Origin: Pyrinomonadaceae bacterium
Lineage (GTDB): Bacteria > Acidobacteriota > Blastocatellia > Pyrinomonadales > Pyrinomonadaceae
Reading direction: 5' to 3'
Assembly: GCA_963779235.1 (NCBI GenBank)
Contig: CAVZXI010000014.1
Location: 72,337 to 136,336, forward strand
Length of the DNA: 64,000 nt
Position numbers and translations under genes: made by a program. Of the stretch, positions 45,824-55,974 are shown piece after piece (within the stretch, counting starts at the first letter, position 1; every line of letters begins with the position of its first letter). The notes below the pieces were generated by a model. The model searched no databases and was not told the DNA's origin. It saw only the letters and a program-made list of their open reading frames with translations.

Positions 45824-47013
45824 TTTTCGCCTCCCGCTAAAACTTGTTCGGCAACTTTCAAAATCTGCGAAAAATTCTGCAAGCCTTCAACGCGGATTCT
45901 CAAAATCGAACGCAAGGCTCGCTCGGTCAAAAGTGCTGTTGCGGTGTGCCAATTTAATGATTCTTGGCTCGGCAATTGGCGAATTTCCGCATAGCCTTGC
46001 AAAAACGCTTCGGAAAATTCGCGGCGTTCCTTTTTTGAATCCAACCCGATGATTTTTTTATAATGCAATCCGGCTAAAAAACTACCGATTTCGGCGGCTG
46101 GATTTCCGGTTGAAAGCTGGTCAAAATCAATCAATGCCACAGTTTCGTCATCCTGCAACATTCCGTTTTTGGGATGGACATCGCCGTGCAAAACTACTTT
46201 CTCTTCATCGCCGAAATTGCAAGTTTTGAGCAGGTTTTTAGCCAAATTTTCTGCTTGATTTTTGCAATCGGGGCGAGCTAGTGAAATTGTTTTCGATGCA
46301 ACTTCAATTCTATCGGGCGCAAGGCGAGAAAATTCGGGAAGTTTAACCGAAGTTGAAACCTCGTGGAGTTCACCGATGGCTTTGCCGAGTAACTGAAACC
46401 CCTTGCTACTCCGTGGTTTATCCAGATTTGCCAACCTGTTTCCACTAATATTTTTGAGCATCAAAATTTTGCTCGTTTCGTCAAAACCCAATACTTTTGG
46501 AAAGAGATTTTTGGTAGATTTGGCAGATTGTTCGGTTAAAAACTGAAATACTTTTTCACCTGTTTTGAATTCTTTTTCCGCATAAATTTTCGCGTATCCA
46601 AAAACATCGCCCTTGTAATCCAAACACTCAACCGTCACACATTTTTCCGGTGCGTAGGCGACGACGCGACTTTCAGCCCAATAACTTGGAAACGATTTTG
46701 GCGGAGAATTTACAATGCCTAAATTCTGAATTTTTCGGTCATTTGGGAAAATGTAAAAATCCGTTCTCGCACGACTTTCCGCATAAGTTCTTGACGAAAC
46801 GAGGAACTCATTTTCGTCTGCCGCGATTTTATAAAGCACACGCAGACTTGAATTTATCTGATATTTTGCCCGCAATATTTCGCAATTTTCAACCTTCAAA
46901 TTGAGAATTTCGCCAATCCGTCCTTTCATCAATTCGGCATCTAGCAATTCGTCACGATTCGGCAATTCTTCATCGAGCGCAAGCAAATTGGTTTGTGGAG
47001 CGACACACATCAT
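45820..47013 (-). CDS. APH-fold phosphotransferase/kinase-like protein
   Basis: VVLHGDVHPKNGML...ALIDFDQLSTGNPAAEIGSFLAGL. Confidence 0.65.
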   Translation of the reverse strand: MMCVAPQTNLLALDEELPNRDELLDAELMKGRIGEILNLKVENCEILRAKYQINSSLRVLYKIAADENEFLVSSRTYAESRARTDFYIFPNDRKIQNLGIVNSPPKSFPSYWAESRVVAYAPEKCVTVECLDYKGDVFGYAKIYAEKEFKTGEKVFQFLTEQSAKSTKNLFPKVLGFDETSKILMLKNISGNRLANLDKPRSSKGFQLLGKAIGELHEVSTSVKLPEFSRLAPDRIEVASKTISLARPDCKNQAENLAKNLLKTCNFGDEEKVVLHGDVHPKNGMLQDDETVALIDFDQLSTGNPAAEIGSFLAGLHYKKIIGLDSKKERREFSEAFLQGYAEIRQLPSQESLNWHTATALLTERALRSILRIRVEGLQNFSQILKVAEQVLAGGEK

Positions 47014-48797
47014 TTTGTCACCTCCGCACGTTGAAACTCTTGAATTTGTAGATTTTCACCGACTAATTCGTAACTTAAAATGTCTCTGAAAGTCTCACCA
47101 ACAACTTCAATTTTATTGTCCAGAATTTGTAAAATCGGCGGCTTTTCATGGTTCTGCAGAGGTTTGACGAGCGTGAAAAAATCCTTATTTGCAACGCCTT
47201 CCGAAACTACGCTGACGCACGGAATCCGATGCTTGATGCCGTATTCGGGCGCATACCAACTCGGTTCGATATTGATATTTTCGCCTTTTGGGAAAACGAG
47301 CGATAAATCTTGAGTTGAAACGATAGAATTATCTTGATTCTGTTCAACTAAAATATGGTTCCACGCTTCGGGTGTCAGATGAAAACGCAAATCAAATTTA
47401 CGCGCAGTTTCGCCTCGCAAATTGTCCCAAATCAACCAGTAATCGTTGTGAATAAAGAAAATACGCCGTGTATGAATCGTGTCATAATTTGGACTAATTA
47501 CTTCTCCGCAAAGAATATCGAGGTTTTCAAAATTCAATCTTTCAATCAACCTTCCACGCGAAATTTCGCCTTTTGGTTTGCCACGCCGATAAGTGATTTG
47601 GTCTTTTTCGTCAACGCAAATTGTGTTGTGCGCTGCCGTTCCTTTGAAAAAATGCCGCCAGTTTCGCGTGCCTTCTTCGGAATAGGTAAAGCGTCCGGTG
47701 TCAACAATTAGCGGCTTTCCGTTGGTGGAAATTTCGACATTGAGCAAGTCGTAATGCCCGTGTCCGCCATCGCCGAGCCGTCCGCAATCAAAAACCAAAA
47801 ACTTCGCCTCAGTCGTCCAATCGCTTCGCTGGATGTAATAACCGCCTGTTTCAAAACCGATATTTTTCTCGTTTGGCGGTGTTCCTTTTTCGCCTTTCGT
47901 GCCGATAAAAAGAAAATCTTGACGGTTAAAAATCTCACCAGCCAACTCAATCAAATCGAGATAACTGCCCGTATCACTATCAGATAGAGCTGGAATTTCG
48001 CCGTCAGGACGATGGATGTGCATCGCAAATTCACAAGCCTTTTCAACTCGTTCGGTAAAATCGTTTGGCAGTTGTAAATCGAACTTTCGCGCATTTTCCA
48101 TCACGCCCAAAAACGAGCGCAAAACAATCAAATGATAATGTGTTGACTGCTCACAATGAACGCCGTCGGCTTGAATATCAGAAACAAGATTTTCGTATAA
48201 TTTTTCAATTGAAAATTTCAGCAAATCGCCGTTTTTATCAAGGTTCGGCAAAGTCAACGAAGCAACAAAAAGCGAGTAAAGTTCGAGCGTCCGATGATTG
48301 CGCTTAGGAGTTAAATTTGCTCGTAAATAATTGATTTGATTGATTAAACTCTCGCAGATTTGATTGATAAATTCACCAGAAAAACGCGGATTATTGCGGG
48401 CGAAAATCATCCAAGCATAAATCCAATTTTGAATCCGGCGGGCGGAAACATCGCTCGAATCCAAACCGATTGAAACTTGTTCAATCCACAAACTCACCAA
48501 TCTTTGCCAAGTTTTCAGATATTTTTCGTCTTTCGTTTGCGAAAAAGCAAAAGCTAAATCAAGCCCGAAATAGAATTTTGACCACTCGATATGCCATTCT
48601 TCATCGGTTGGCAGAGGATTTTTTGTCCAATCAATTTTGTTTCCTAATTCGAGTCTCAATCCGGCATTGGTAAAAATTCCGGCGCAAGCATCCTCAGCAA
48701 TGGCAAGGTTTTGATAAGACTTTTCGATGACGCAAAAAATCTCTCGCGGGGAGATGTTTGTTTTTGCTTTTTCTGCTTGTAAAACTAATCCTATCAC
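47010..48797 (-). CDS. Heparinase II/III-like family protein
   Basis: NHRTLELYSL, DGVHCEQSTHYH and GGHGHYDLLNVEIS...DTGRFTY blocks are typical of the family. Confidence 0.7.
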   Translation of the reverse strand: MIGLVLQAEKAKTNISPREIFCVIEKSYQNLAIAEDACAGIFTNAGLRLELGNKIDWTKNPLPTDEEWHIEWSKFYFGLDLAFAFSQTKDEKYLKTWQRLVSLWIEQVSIGLDSSDVSARRIQNWIYAWMIFARNNPRFSGEFINQICESLINQINYLRANLTPKRNHRTLELYSLFVASLTLPNLDKNGDLLKFSIEKLYENLVSDIQADGVHCEQSTHYHLIVLRSFLGVMENARKFDLQLPNDFTERVEKACEFAMHIHRPDGEIPALSDSDTGSYLDLIELAGEIFNRQDFLFIGTKGEKGTPPNEKNIGFETGGYYIQRSDWTTEAKFLVFDCGRLGDGGHGHYDLLNVEISTNGKPLIVDTGRFTYSEEGTRNWRHFFKGTAAHNTICVDEKDQITYRRGKPKGEISRGRLIERLNFENLDILCGEVISPNYDTIHTRRIFFIHNDYWLIWDNLRGETARKFDLRFHLTPEAWNHILVEQNQDNSIVSTQDLSLVFPKGENINIEPSWYAPEYGIKHRIPCVSVVSEGVANKDFFTLVKPLQNHEKPPILQILDNKIEVVGETFRDILSYELVGENLQIQEFQRAEVTK

Positions 48798-48853
48798 CGT
48801 TTACTACTCCAATTTCGTTTGCGTTTTGCATTACGCATCGGCTCACGCCCACG

Positions 48854-50218
48854 CTACTGACTTTGCTTGATTTCGCGTAATTTCGCATTTTTAGCGGGCA
48901 ATTTTTCTTCCCCTTGCTCAGTGTAAATCACTTCTGCAAAAAGATTTGCCAAATAATTTGCCGTCACGTCGCCATCAAATTTTGCTTTAACAGTCTCTTT
49001 CGCGGCTGCCGAAAGCCGTTTGGCAAATAATTTATCTTCGTGAATTTTCTGCATGGCATCGGCAAAGGCGTGTGCGTCTTCGGGGTTAACCATAATGCCG
49101 TTTTCGCCGTTTCTGATGATTTCGGGGATGCCGGAAATGTTGGTCGTGACGACGGGCAGTTCGCACGACATCGCTTCCATCATCACGTTGGGAATGCCGT
49201 CACGATCTCCGTTTTCGAGGATTCTACACGGCAAACAAAACATCGTGGCTTGGCGAAACTGTTGAAACAATTTGGTTTGCGACATTCCACCGGTCAGTTT
49301 AATGCTTTCGCCTAAATTGTTCTCAGCAATTTTTTGATTGACTATTTGTGAATGTTCGCCCTTTTCGCCGACGATGATTGCCTCAAAATCAACTCCGCGT
49401 TGTTTCAAAATGGAACACGCTTCGACAAAAACATCGAAACCTTTTTTCTCAACCAAACGCCCGACAGCCAACGCCCGCAAATGCCCGTTTCTGAGTGCAG
49501 AAATCTCGTTTTCTTCTGTCAGCAAATCGGTAAAATCGGTGCTTAATCCGTGATAAAGGCAATGAACTTTTGTCTTGCTGATGGCTTCAAGATGTTTCTG
49601 ATTAGCCTTCGTGCAGGTGACGACAAACTCCGCCGCGTCCATTTTTCGCTTGAGCCAACCCGCCGGATTGAGCGAATCAAGATAAATGTCTTTGGCGTGT
49701 CCGGTGAACGAAAATTTGCGTCCGGTCATCAGCGAAACAAACCACGCAACCGTAGTTGCTCCGTGCGCGAAATGTGCGTGAAGATGTTTGATTTCAGGGG
49801 TTTGCAAGATTTGATCGGCAATCGTCGTCGCTTGCAGAAATTCTTTGAGGTAGGTTTTTTTAAGACTGAAAAACGAACTTCTTGCCCGAATTGACTGTCT
49901 CGCGGCTTGGTAAAATGCTTTCAGAAAACCAATTGGACGTTTTTTTGCCACCGAGAAAAACGATTCGGAAAAATCTTTGAAATGCAGTTTTAACCAGCCG
50001 CGCAAAGTCGAATCCGTCAACGAAGTCGTTTCAGGAAGATAAAACGGTTTCGCGTTGATTTTCTCAATCATTTTGTGTTTCAGATTTTCACCGGGCGTTT
50101 TGAGGACGAAGAGTTTCAAATCCACGCCCAAATTTTCCAAACGATAGATTTCGCTGGCGATAAATGTTTCCGAAAGTTTCGGGAAATTCTTCAAAATGTA
50201 GGCGATTTGTCCGTTCAT
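48854..50218 (-). CDS. GT4 (GT-B, family 1 Pfam) glycosyltransferase
   Basis: DGIPNVMMEAMSCELPVVTTNISGIPEIIRNGENGIMV is the EX7E-type C-terminal motif. I prefer the ATG at 50218 (GGGAGG upstream, TAATG overlap with the upstream stop) over 50233. Confidence 0.75.
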   Translation of the reverse strand: MNGQIAYILKNFPKLSETFIASEIYRLENLGVDLKLFVLKTPGENLKHKMIEKINAKPFYLPETTSLTDSTLRGWLKLHFKDFSESFFSVAKKRPIGFLKAFYQAARQSIRARSSFFSLKKTYLKEFLQATTIADQILQTPEIKHLHAHFAHGATTVAWFVSLMTGRKFSFTGHAKDIYLDSLNPAGWLKRKMDAAEFVVTCTKANQKHLEAISKTKVHCLYHGLSTDFTDLLTEENEISALRNGHLRALAVGRLVEKKGFDVFVEACSILKQRGVDFEAIIVGEKGEHSQIVNQKIAENNLGESIKLTGGMSQTKLFQQFRQATMFCLPCRILENGDRDGIPNVMMEAMSCELPVVTTNISGIPEIIRNGENGIMVNPEDAHAFADAMQKIHEDKLFAKRLSAAAKETVKAKFDGDVTANYLANLFAEVIYTEQGEEKLPAKNAKLREIKQSQ

Positions 50219-51573
50219 TATGAGACCTCCCATGTTAAGAGTTCACTCACCCGACTGTTGATTCGCGGCAAGCCGTTCAAATCAATTTGTTTATCGGCGT
50301 AATTATTTGCCATCATTGCTTTGATTATTTTGGTGGACATCGTTTCGGCGGAAAGTTCGCTTGGCTCGATGTATTCAAAAAAACCGCGCTCGGCAAGCAG
50401 ACGTGAACGAATTAGTTGCTCACGGACAGGCTCGGCTCGCGGAACTAAAACCGCTTTTTTGTTGAGCGAAAGAAGTTCACAAACCGTGTTGTAGCCAGCC
50501 ATCGAAACGACCACATCGGCGCGTGCATAATGCGGAGTTAAATCTGCCTGAAAATCCAAAAACTCTGTATTTGCAACATTTCCGTATCGTCTGAGAAAAT
50601 AATCCCGACTCGTGGCAGGCATTTGCGGACCGAAAATTACGGTTGATTCGACAAGAGTTTGCTTTCTCAAAATCGAAAGGCTTTCCAAAAAACTTTCAAC
50701 TAATTCCGAACCGTCACCGCCGCCGCCCGTCGTGGCTAAAAGACGTAGTTTGCCATTGCCACCGATTCGGTTTTCAATCTTTCTTTTCAAATAACCGCAA
50801 TAACGGGTTTTTTTGGCAACTGAGTTTGGAAATTGATATTCCTTGACCGCATCAAAAACTTCCTGAACACCGTAAATCCAAACTTCATCATAATATTTTT
50901 CAATCGTTTCAAAGCTGCCGTTTTCCCGCAAAACTTTGCTCGTGCGTTCGGGAGCGTCCAAAATATCGCGGATTCCAAGAACTATTTTAGTCGGCAGATT
51001 ACGGGATTTGAGCATTTTCAACGCTCCAAGTAACTCGCCGTCAATTCCGGCGGCGCGTTTATCTACCAAAAGCAAATCCGGGGCAAAACCGATAATGGTT
51101 TTTTCTAAAATTGCGATGCGGGTTTGCTTAATTTCTTCCGAACAGCCCGCTAAAAATTGCGGCTCGTATTGTTCGGCGTTTGGTCTGTCCAGCGACGGAA
51201 GTTTTATATAATCAATGCCTTGCGGAAGGCGGAAAGCGTGGATGACGGGCGAGCCTGTCACAATCAAAATCGAAGCCCGCGGGTATTCTTTGATTAAGTT
51301 TTCTGCCAAGAGAAGAGTCCGGCGGATATTGCCCAACCCGAATGTATCGTGCGAATAAAGCAGAATTTTAGGTTGTAGATTTACCGATATTTGCGAAACT
51401 TTTGGAATATAATTAATCGGTTTATAAACTTTTTGCTTTAAAAAATTACCTGAGTGTAGAAAAGCATCAACCTCATTATTTGGTAATCGAAGATTCCCCG
51501 TATCAAATTTTATTGCTAATTCCATTGGATTTTCCCCACCTTTTTCAACTTCAAAACTAAATTTAGTATTCAA
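50218..51573 (-). CDS. GT-B glycosyltransferase (GT28-C/COG4671-like), first gene of the operon
   Basis: SHDTFGLGNIRRTL..., TTGGGGDG..., MAGYNTVCELLS... It is paralogous to the N-terminal domain of 41240..43135. Confidence 0.6.
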   Translation of the reverse strand: MNTKFSFEVEKGGENPMELAIKFDTGNLRLPNNEVDAFLHSGNFLKQKVYKPINYIPKVSQISVNLQPKILLYSHDTFGLGNIRRTLLLAENLIKEYPRASILIVTGSPVIHAFRLPQGIDYIKLPSLDRPNAEQYEPQFLAGCSEEIKQTRIAILEKTIIGFAPDLLLVDKRAAGIDGELLGALKMLKSRNLPTKIVLGIRDILDAPERTSKVLRENGSFETIEKYYDEVWIYGVQEVFDAVKEYQFPNSVAKKTRYCGYLKRKIENRIGGNGKLRLLATTGGGGDGSELVESFLESLSILRKQTLVESTVIFGPQMPATSRDYFLRRYGNVANTEFLDFQADLTPHYARADVVVSMAGYNTVCELLSLNKKAVLVPRAEPVREQLIRSRLLAERGFFEYIEPSELSAETMSTKIIKAMMANNYADKQIDLNGLPRINSRVSELLTWEVS

Positions 51574-51671
51574 GTAAAACTTCTTTTTCGTATTGAGTCT
51601 TAACTTTTGTTACTACAGTGTTAAAAGGAAGTTAAAAAAGACAGATAGCCACAAAATTATTTTTAAAACAT

Positions 51672-51707
51672 AAAAAAAGACAACTGATTACTTTTGATAA
51701 TCAGTCG
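51672..51707 (-). terminator. Intrinsic terminator after the S8 gene (minus strand)
   Basis: Stem actgatta/taatcagt (8 bp), followed on the minus strand by a U7 run (plus-strand A-run 51672-51678). Confidence 0.6.
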
Positions 51708-51736
51708 CCTTATTTATTTGCAGATATTTGGTTTAT

Positions 51737-53026
51737 CTAATTCGCGCACATTCCGGTATTGGGAACGACCATCACCGCGTTGAGCGCATCAACTCTGTCA
51801 TCACTCTTTCTGGCATTGATTCTGACCGCAGTGCAACTGATATGGTCTTTGGTCAAAGCAGGAGTCATACCCGGAAATCTTTGTTTGACCAACGCGACGA
51901 TGCCCGAAACAACCGGCGCAGACATTGAAGTTCCGCTCCAAGTTCCATATCTTCCATCCGGCGTAGAACTGATAATTCCATCTCCCGGTGCGGCAACCTT
52001 TATCCAAGAGCCAAAATTGGAATATGGAGCTAGTCTATCATTGATATTTGATGAGGCGACAGTTAGCAATCCGTCAACCGAAGTTTCTGCCCCCGGATAA
52101 ATTTTTAATTCTCCGCCATTATTTCCTGCCGCCGCAACTGCTATCAGATTCGGCTTGCCGACTTGAGGAAAATCAGCATCGGAATCTAACGGAAGATGAC
52201 TGCAAGCGGTTCTGAATAAATCTCTTAAAAGTCTGGTTTGTTGCGGACTACCAATACTCAAATTGACAATATCCACCCCGTCACGGGTTGCGCCGTTTCC
52301 ATCGGGACTAGCAACAAAAGCGAGTGCTTCGGCTAAAACCCAAGCGTTGGTTCTGCCCATCGAGTCCAAAACGCGAACCGGAATTATTTTGGCATCGGGG
52401 GCAACTCGCGCAATGATTCCGGCAACGTGAGTCCCGTGTCCATAGGGGCTAAACCCATTGACGGGAACTTCGCTCGGATCGGAATCATTATCCACAAAAT
52501 CCCAGCCGGGCAAGAGTTTTCCGGCAAAAGCAGGATGATTGAGCCTAATTCCGGTATCTAAAACCGCAATTTTGACTCCTGCTCCGCGTGAAATTTGGTT
52601 GGCTTGTGGGAGTCGAATCATATTTGGAAACCATTGATTATTGTATCCCGCCACAGTTCCGCCGATACTCCACGAAACGCCGATGCTCCATGAAACGCCG
52701 CTCGCTTCGGGCGATGCCACCACGCTATTGGCTTCAGCATAAACAACCCGCACGTCCTTTTGCAGTCTTTTGATGGTGTCTCCAACCGAACTTCCATTGA
52801 CAATTCGAGTTCGATAAATCGGACGAGAACCAAATTGGTCTATCGCGGTGATGCCGTATTGCAAACTGATAGCCGGTAAATCCGAAGCTGAGTTCAGTTT
52901 TATCAAAACTTCATTTGGAAGAATTGTGTCTTGCGCCAATACCTCCTGCCCAAACGAAAAAAGTGTCACTGAGAGCAATAAAGCTATCAACCAATTGCAA
53001 AAAACATTCCCGATTTTGTTATCCAT
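51737..53026 (-). CDS. Secreted subtilisin-like serine protease (peptidase S8) with propeptide
   Basis: Catalytic triad contexts AVLDTGI, HGTHVAGIIA and GTSMSAPVVSG. N-terminal signal peptide. Confidence 0.85.
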   Translation of the reverse strand: MDNKIGNVFCNWLIALLLSVTLFSFGQEVLAQDTILPNEVLIKLNSASDLPAISLQYGITAIDQFGSRPIYRTRIVNGSSVGDTIKRLQKDVRVVYAEANSVVASPEASGVSWSIGVSWSIGGTVAGYNNQWFPNMIRLPQANQISRGAGVKIAVLDTGIRLNHPAFAGKLLPGWDFVDNDSDPSEVPVNGFSPYGHGTHVAGIIARVAPDAKIIPVRVLDSMGRTNAWVLAEALAFVASPDGNGATRDGVDIVNLSIGSPQQTRLLRDLFRTACSHLPLDSDADFPQVGKPNLIAVAAAGNNGGELKIYPGAETSVDGLLTVASSNINDRLAPYSNFGSWIKVAAPGDGIISSTPDGRYGTWSGTSMSAPVVSGIVALVKQRFPGMTPALTKDHISCTAVRINARKSDDRVDALNAVMVVPNTGMCAN

Positions 53027-53088
53027 AAAGACCTCTTTTCCGACAGTGTAAATTTATGCCTGATAAAGACACTTTACAAAAAAAACTA

Positions 53089-55890
53089 CTATTTTCCAAC
53101 TAAAAAAAAGGGCGACCAAAAATATGGATGCGAGTTTTGTTTGATAAGGTTGCTTTGTGCAATTTTGAGAGAAGCAGACGGACTATTTCCCGATTTAAGT
53201 TGCCGATAAAAATCAGTCATCAGATTTCGCGCAGTTTTATCGTCCACCGTCCATAAAGTTAAAATCAGGGATGAAACTCCTGCCGAGAGAAATCCGCGAG
53301 CCAATCCGAGTAATTCTTCGCCCGCCAAAATCTTATTTACGCCCGTTTCACAGGCACTTAGAACGACCAATTGAGCCTTCAGACTAAGTTCGGAAATATC
53401 TCTCGCCGTCAGCAAACCGTCTGCCAGACGAAGCGAAGAAAACATCGGATTATCGCCACGAAATTGCCCGTGACAGGCTAAATGAACAATATCAAAATCT
53501 GCCACCTTATTTTTGAAATTGCTGAAATTTGCCTTTTCCCCCTTTAAACTGAGACTATCTGGAAAGATTTTTTTCAAACTCTCAATTTCTTCGAGCGCAA
53601 ACGGAATTTTTTCATCGGCAAAGCCCACTAAAAATGCGTTTTTGGGCGGATGCGAATCTTTTTCCAAACAATATTGTAAAACAGTCGCGCTCGGTGAAAA
53701 TGAAATTTCCCGTTCTTCAATCATATATTTTGAACCATTATGAAGGGCGTGAAACGGCAAATAGTGAAGTTTTCCAAAAGGCACAAAGACGACATTGCGA
53801 CCTTTGACTAAACTTTCAAGCGGACGCAAGAGTTTATTGTAAAGTTTTTGCAAATAACTGTCGGTTCGTTTTTTCAGTTCATTAACAAAATTCCCTAAGT
53901 TTGCGCCTCCATAACGCATCGTCTCAAACTGAAAATGCAACCCTTCCAGTAATTCAATAATTTCAGTTTCATTGGCTATATTTTCGATGAAATCAAGTTT
54001 GCTTTCAGTCATCACAAAGGCAGAAATCCGTCCGTCAAACCCGACATATTCAATCAACGCCCTTTCTTTACCCAGAGAATTCTGCAATTCGTTAAACTTT
54101 AATACTTTTCCGCCGGTTTGCGCCGCGCCTTTGATGTTTTTGATTTGGCGCATCAATTCATTGATTTTCTTTTCGCGGAGTTTGGCTTCGGAAAATATAA
54201 CTTTGCTTTCTTCGAGCGAAACTCGATTGAGACGGCTGTAATACCAATTTAATTCTTCGCGTAAATCTGCTAACTGCTGATAAATAATTTTGGTTGTTTC
54301 GTCAATTTTATCAGCAGTTTGATGATGACCAAGATTTTCTGTCAAAGCACGCGAGCGGGATTGTTCGACCAGCAAAAACGCCTCTTTAATTTTCCCTTGA
54401 ACGAGATAAATTTTAGCTAACTCTTGATACGGTAAAAGTTTATCGCCCAAAAATGCAATCCGAAAATCTTCCGCCGGAAGCGGCTCACGCAAAGTTTCAA
54501 TCAATTTTATGGCTTTTTTGAAATGTTTTTCAGCTTCGCTGATTTTATCCTGATGGAGAGCCAGTCGCCCTAAAGAGGTTTGAGCAGTTTGCGCCAAGGA
54601 CGGATTTTCTTGTTTCAAGGCTTCATCAAAGGCTTCCGAGAGAATAGTTTCAGCCGCTTGATATTTTGCCAGATGAAACAAGATTTCGCCTTGTATCCAT
54701 TTGGCTAACAGCGCATATCTTAAATGTCCGTTTTTAATCAACATTTTATCGGCTTTCTGCGCTAAAACAAAAGCCTTCGGATAATCAAGCGTGAGAAGCG
54801 CGAGTTGGATTTCGTTCAACTTTACAAAAGACTCTCCGGCAAGGTTTTTCTCAGCCTGATAAAGTTTTTCAGACTTTTCCAATTCTTTTTTCGCCAATTC
54901 CTTTTTACCGAGCGCGATTGCGGCACGCGCCCAATTAACTCTGGCTCTGGCTTCTTCGCCTTGCATTTTCAGATGAGACAGAGTTTTAACAATTTTCTCG
55001 TAGGATTCAAACGCTTCGCTGACTAAATTTAGTTCGAGGTAGGCATCCGCGATTTCGAGTTCGGCAACTGCCATCTGATGAGGCATTTTCAATTTTTCAT
55101 ATTTCTGCCGCGAAAGTTCTAAAAACTTCAAGGCTTGGTCAAATTTGCCGCGAAAAAGCGATAAATTCCCGATGCTCGCCTCAATCTCGGCTTCGGTGAC
55201 GAGCATCTCGGCTTTTTTCGCACTTTGCAAAGCCTTCAAGTAGAATTTTTCTGCTTCCCGAAAATTATTTTGATAAGTGTAGGAGGTGGCGAGACAATGT
55301 TCAATCATCGTCAATTGACCTAAATCATTGACTTTAATAAACCGTTTTCGGGCGGAGAGAAAATTTTTCTCGGCTTTTTGATGCAGTTCGCGCCGCCAAA
55401 AAATATTGCCGATATTATTTTCTATTTTTCCCGCCGCCAGTTCATCGCCATATTTTAGAAAGATTTTGAGGGCGTTATTGCCGCACGTCACAGCCTCGTC
55501 ATAGCGTCCGAGCAAGGCAAGCGCATAAAGTTTGCTGACTTGAGTTTGCGCTGCCAGATGTTCTTCTTTAACTTGCAGAAAAATTTTGTTTGCCGCTTCC
55601 AGTTTTTCAACCGCAGATTCAATTTTCCCTTCGGTCAGGCGGGCAATGCCTGAAATCCACGCTGAAAGGGCTTGAATTTTTTCGTTTGGATTTATCCTTG
55701 CCAGATTTTCTAAAACAAGGGCGGCTTTTTGAGCTTTGGTCGGCTCTTTTGTCCAAGCACTGTAGCAAATTTCTTTGAGGGCAAAAGCAAGTTTGACATC
55801 GGCAAACCCCTTGAATTCTTTCAATAAAGATTCAATTTCTGATTTATTTTTGGAGGCAACCAATTTTTCGGCTAGTTTATCAACTTGCAT
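53089..55890 (-). CDS. TPR-repeat protein with C-terminal CHAT (caspase-like) domain
   Basis: About 600 aa of TPR-like repeats, then a CHAT His/Cys dyad context VHLACHGQF ... LVVLSACETG. Confidence 0.8.
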   Translation of the reverse strand: MQVDKLAEKLVASKNKSEIESLLKEFKGFADVKLAFALKEICYSAWTKEPTKAQKAALVLENLARINPNEKIQALSAWISGIARLTEGKIESAVEKLEAANKIFLQVKEEHLAAQTQVSKLYALALLGRYDEAVTCGNNALKIFLKYGDELAAGKIENNIGNIFWRRELHQKAEKNFLSARKRFIKVNDLGQLTMIEHCLATSYTYQNNFREAEKFYLKALQSAKKAEMLVTEAEIEASIGNLSLFRGKFDQALKFLELSRQKYEKLKMPHQMAVAELEIADAYLELNLVSEAFESYEKIVKTLSHLKMQGEEARARVNWARAAIALGKKELAKKELEKSEKLYQAEKNLAGESFVKLNEIQLALLTLDYPKAFVLAQKADKMLIKNGHLRYALLAKWIQGEILFHLAKYQAAETILSEAFDEALKQENPSLAQTAQTSLGRLALHQDKISEAEKHFKKAIKLIETLREPLPAEDFRIAFLGDKLLPYQELAKIYLVQGKIKEAFLLVEQSRSRALTENLGHHQTADKIDETTKIIYQQLADLREELNWYYSRLNRVSLEESKVIFSEAKLREKKINELMRQIKNIKGAAQTGGKVLKFNELQNSLGKERALIEYVGFDGRISAFVMTESKLDFIENIANETEIIELLEGLHFQFETMRYGGANLGNFVNELKKRTDSYLQKLYNKLLRPLESLVKGRNVVFVPFGKLHYLPFHALHNGSKYMIEEREISFSPSATVLQYCLEKDSHPPKNAFLVGFADEKIPFALEEIESLKKIFPDSLSLKGEKANFSNFKNKVADFDIVHLACHGQFRGDNPMFSSLRLADGLLTARDISELSLKAQLVVLSACETGVNKILAGEELLGLARGFLSAGVSSLILTLWTVDDKTARNLMTDFYRQLKSGNSPSASLKIAQSNLIKQNSHPYFWSPFFLVGK

Positions 55891-55974
55891 TGCAAATCAA
55901 TTCTAGCAGTAAAAAAAAAGAGGCGAAAAGCCTTACGACATTTTCACCTCTTTCCCCCTTGAAAAGAGTTGTGC

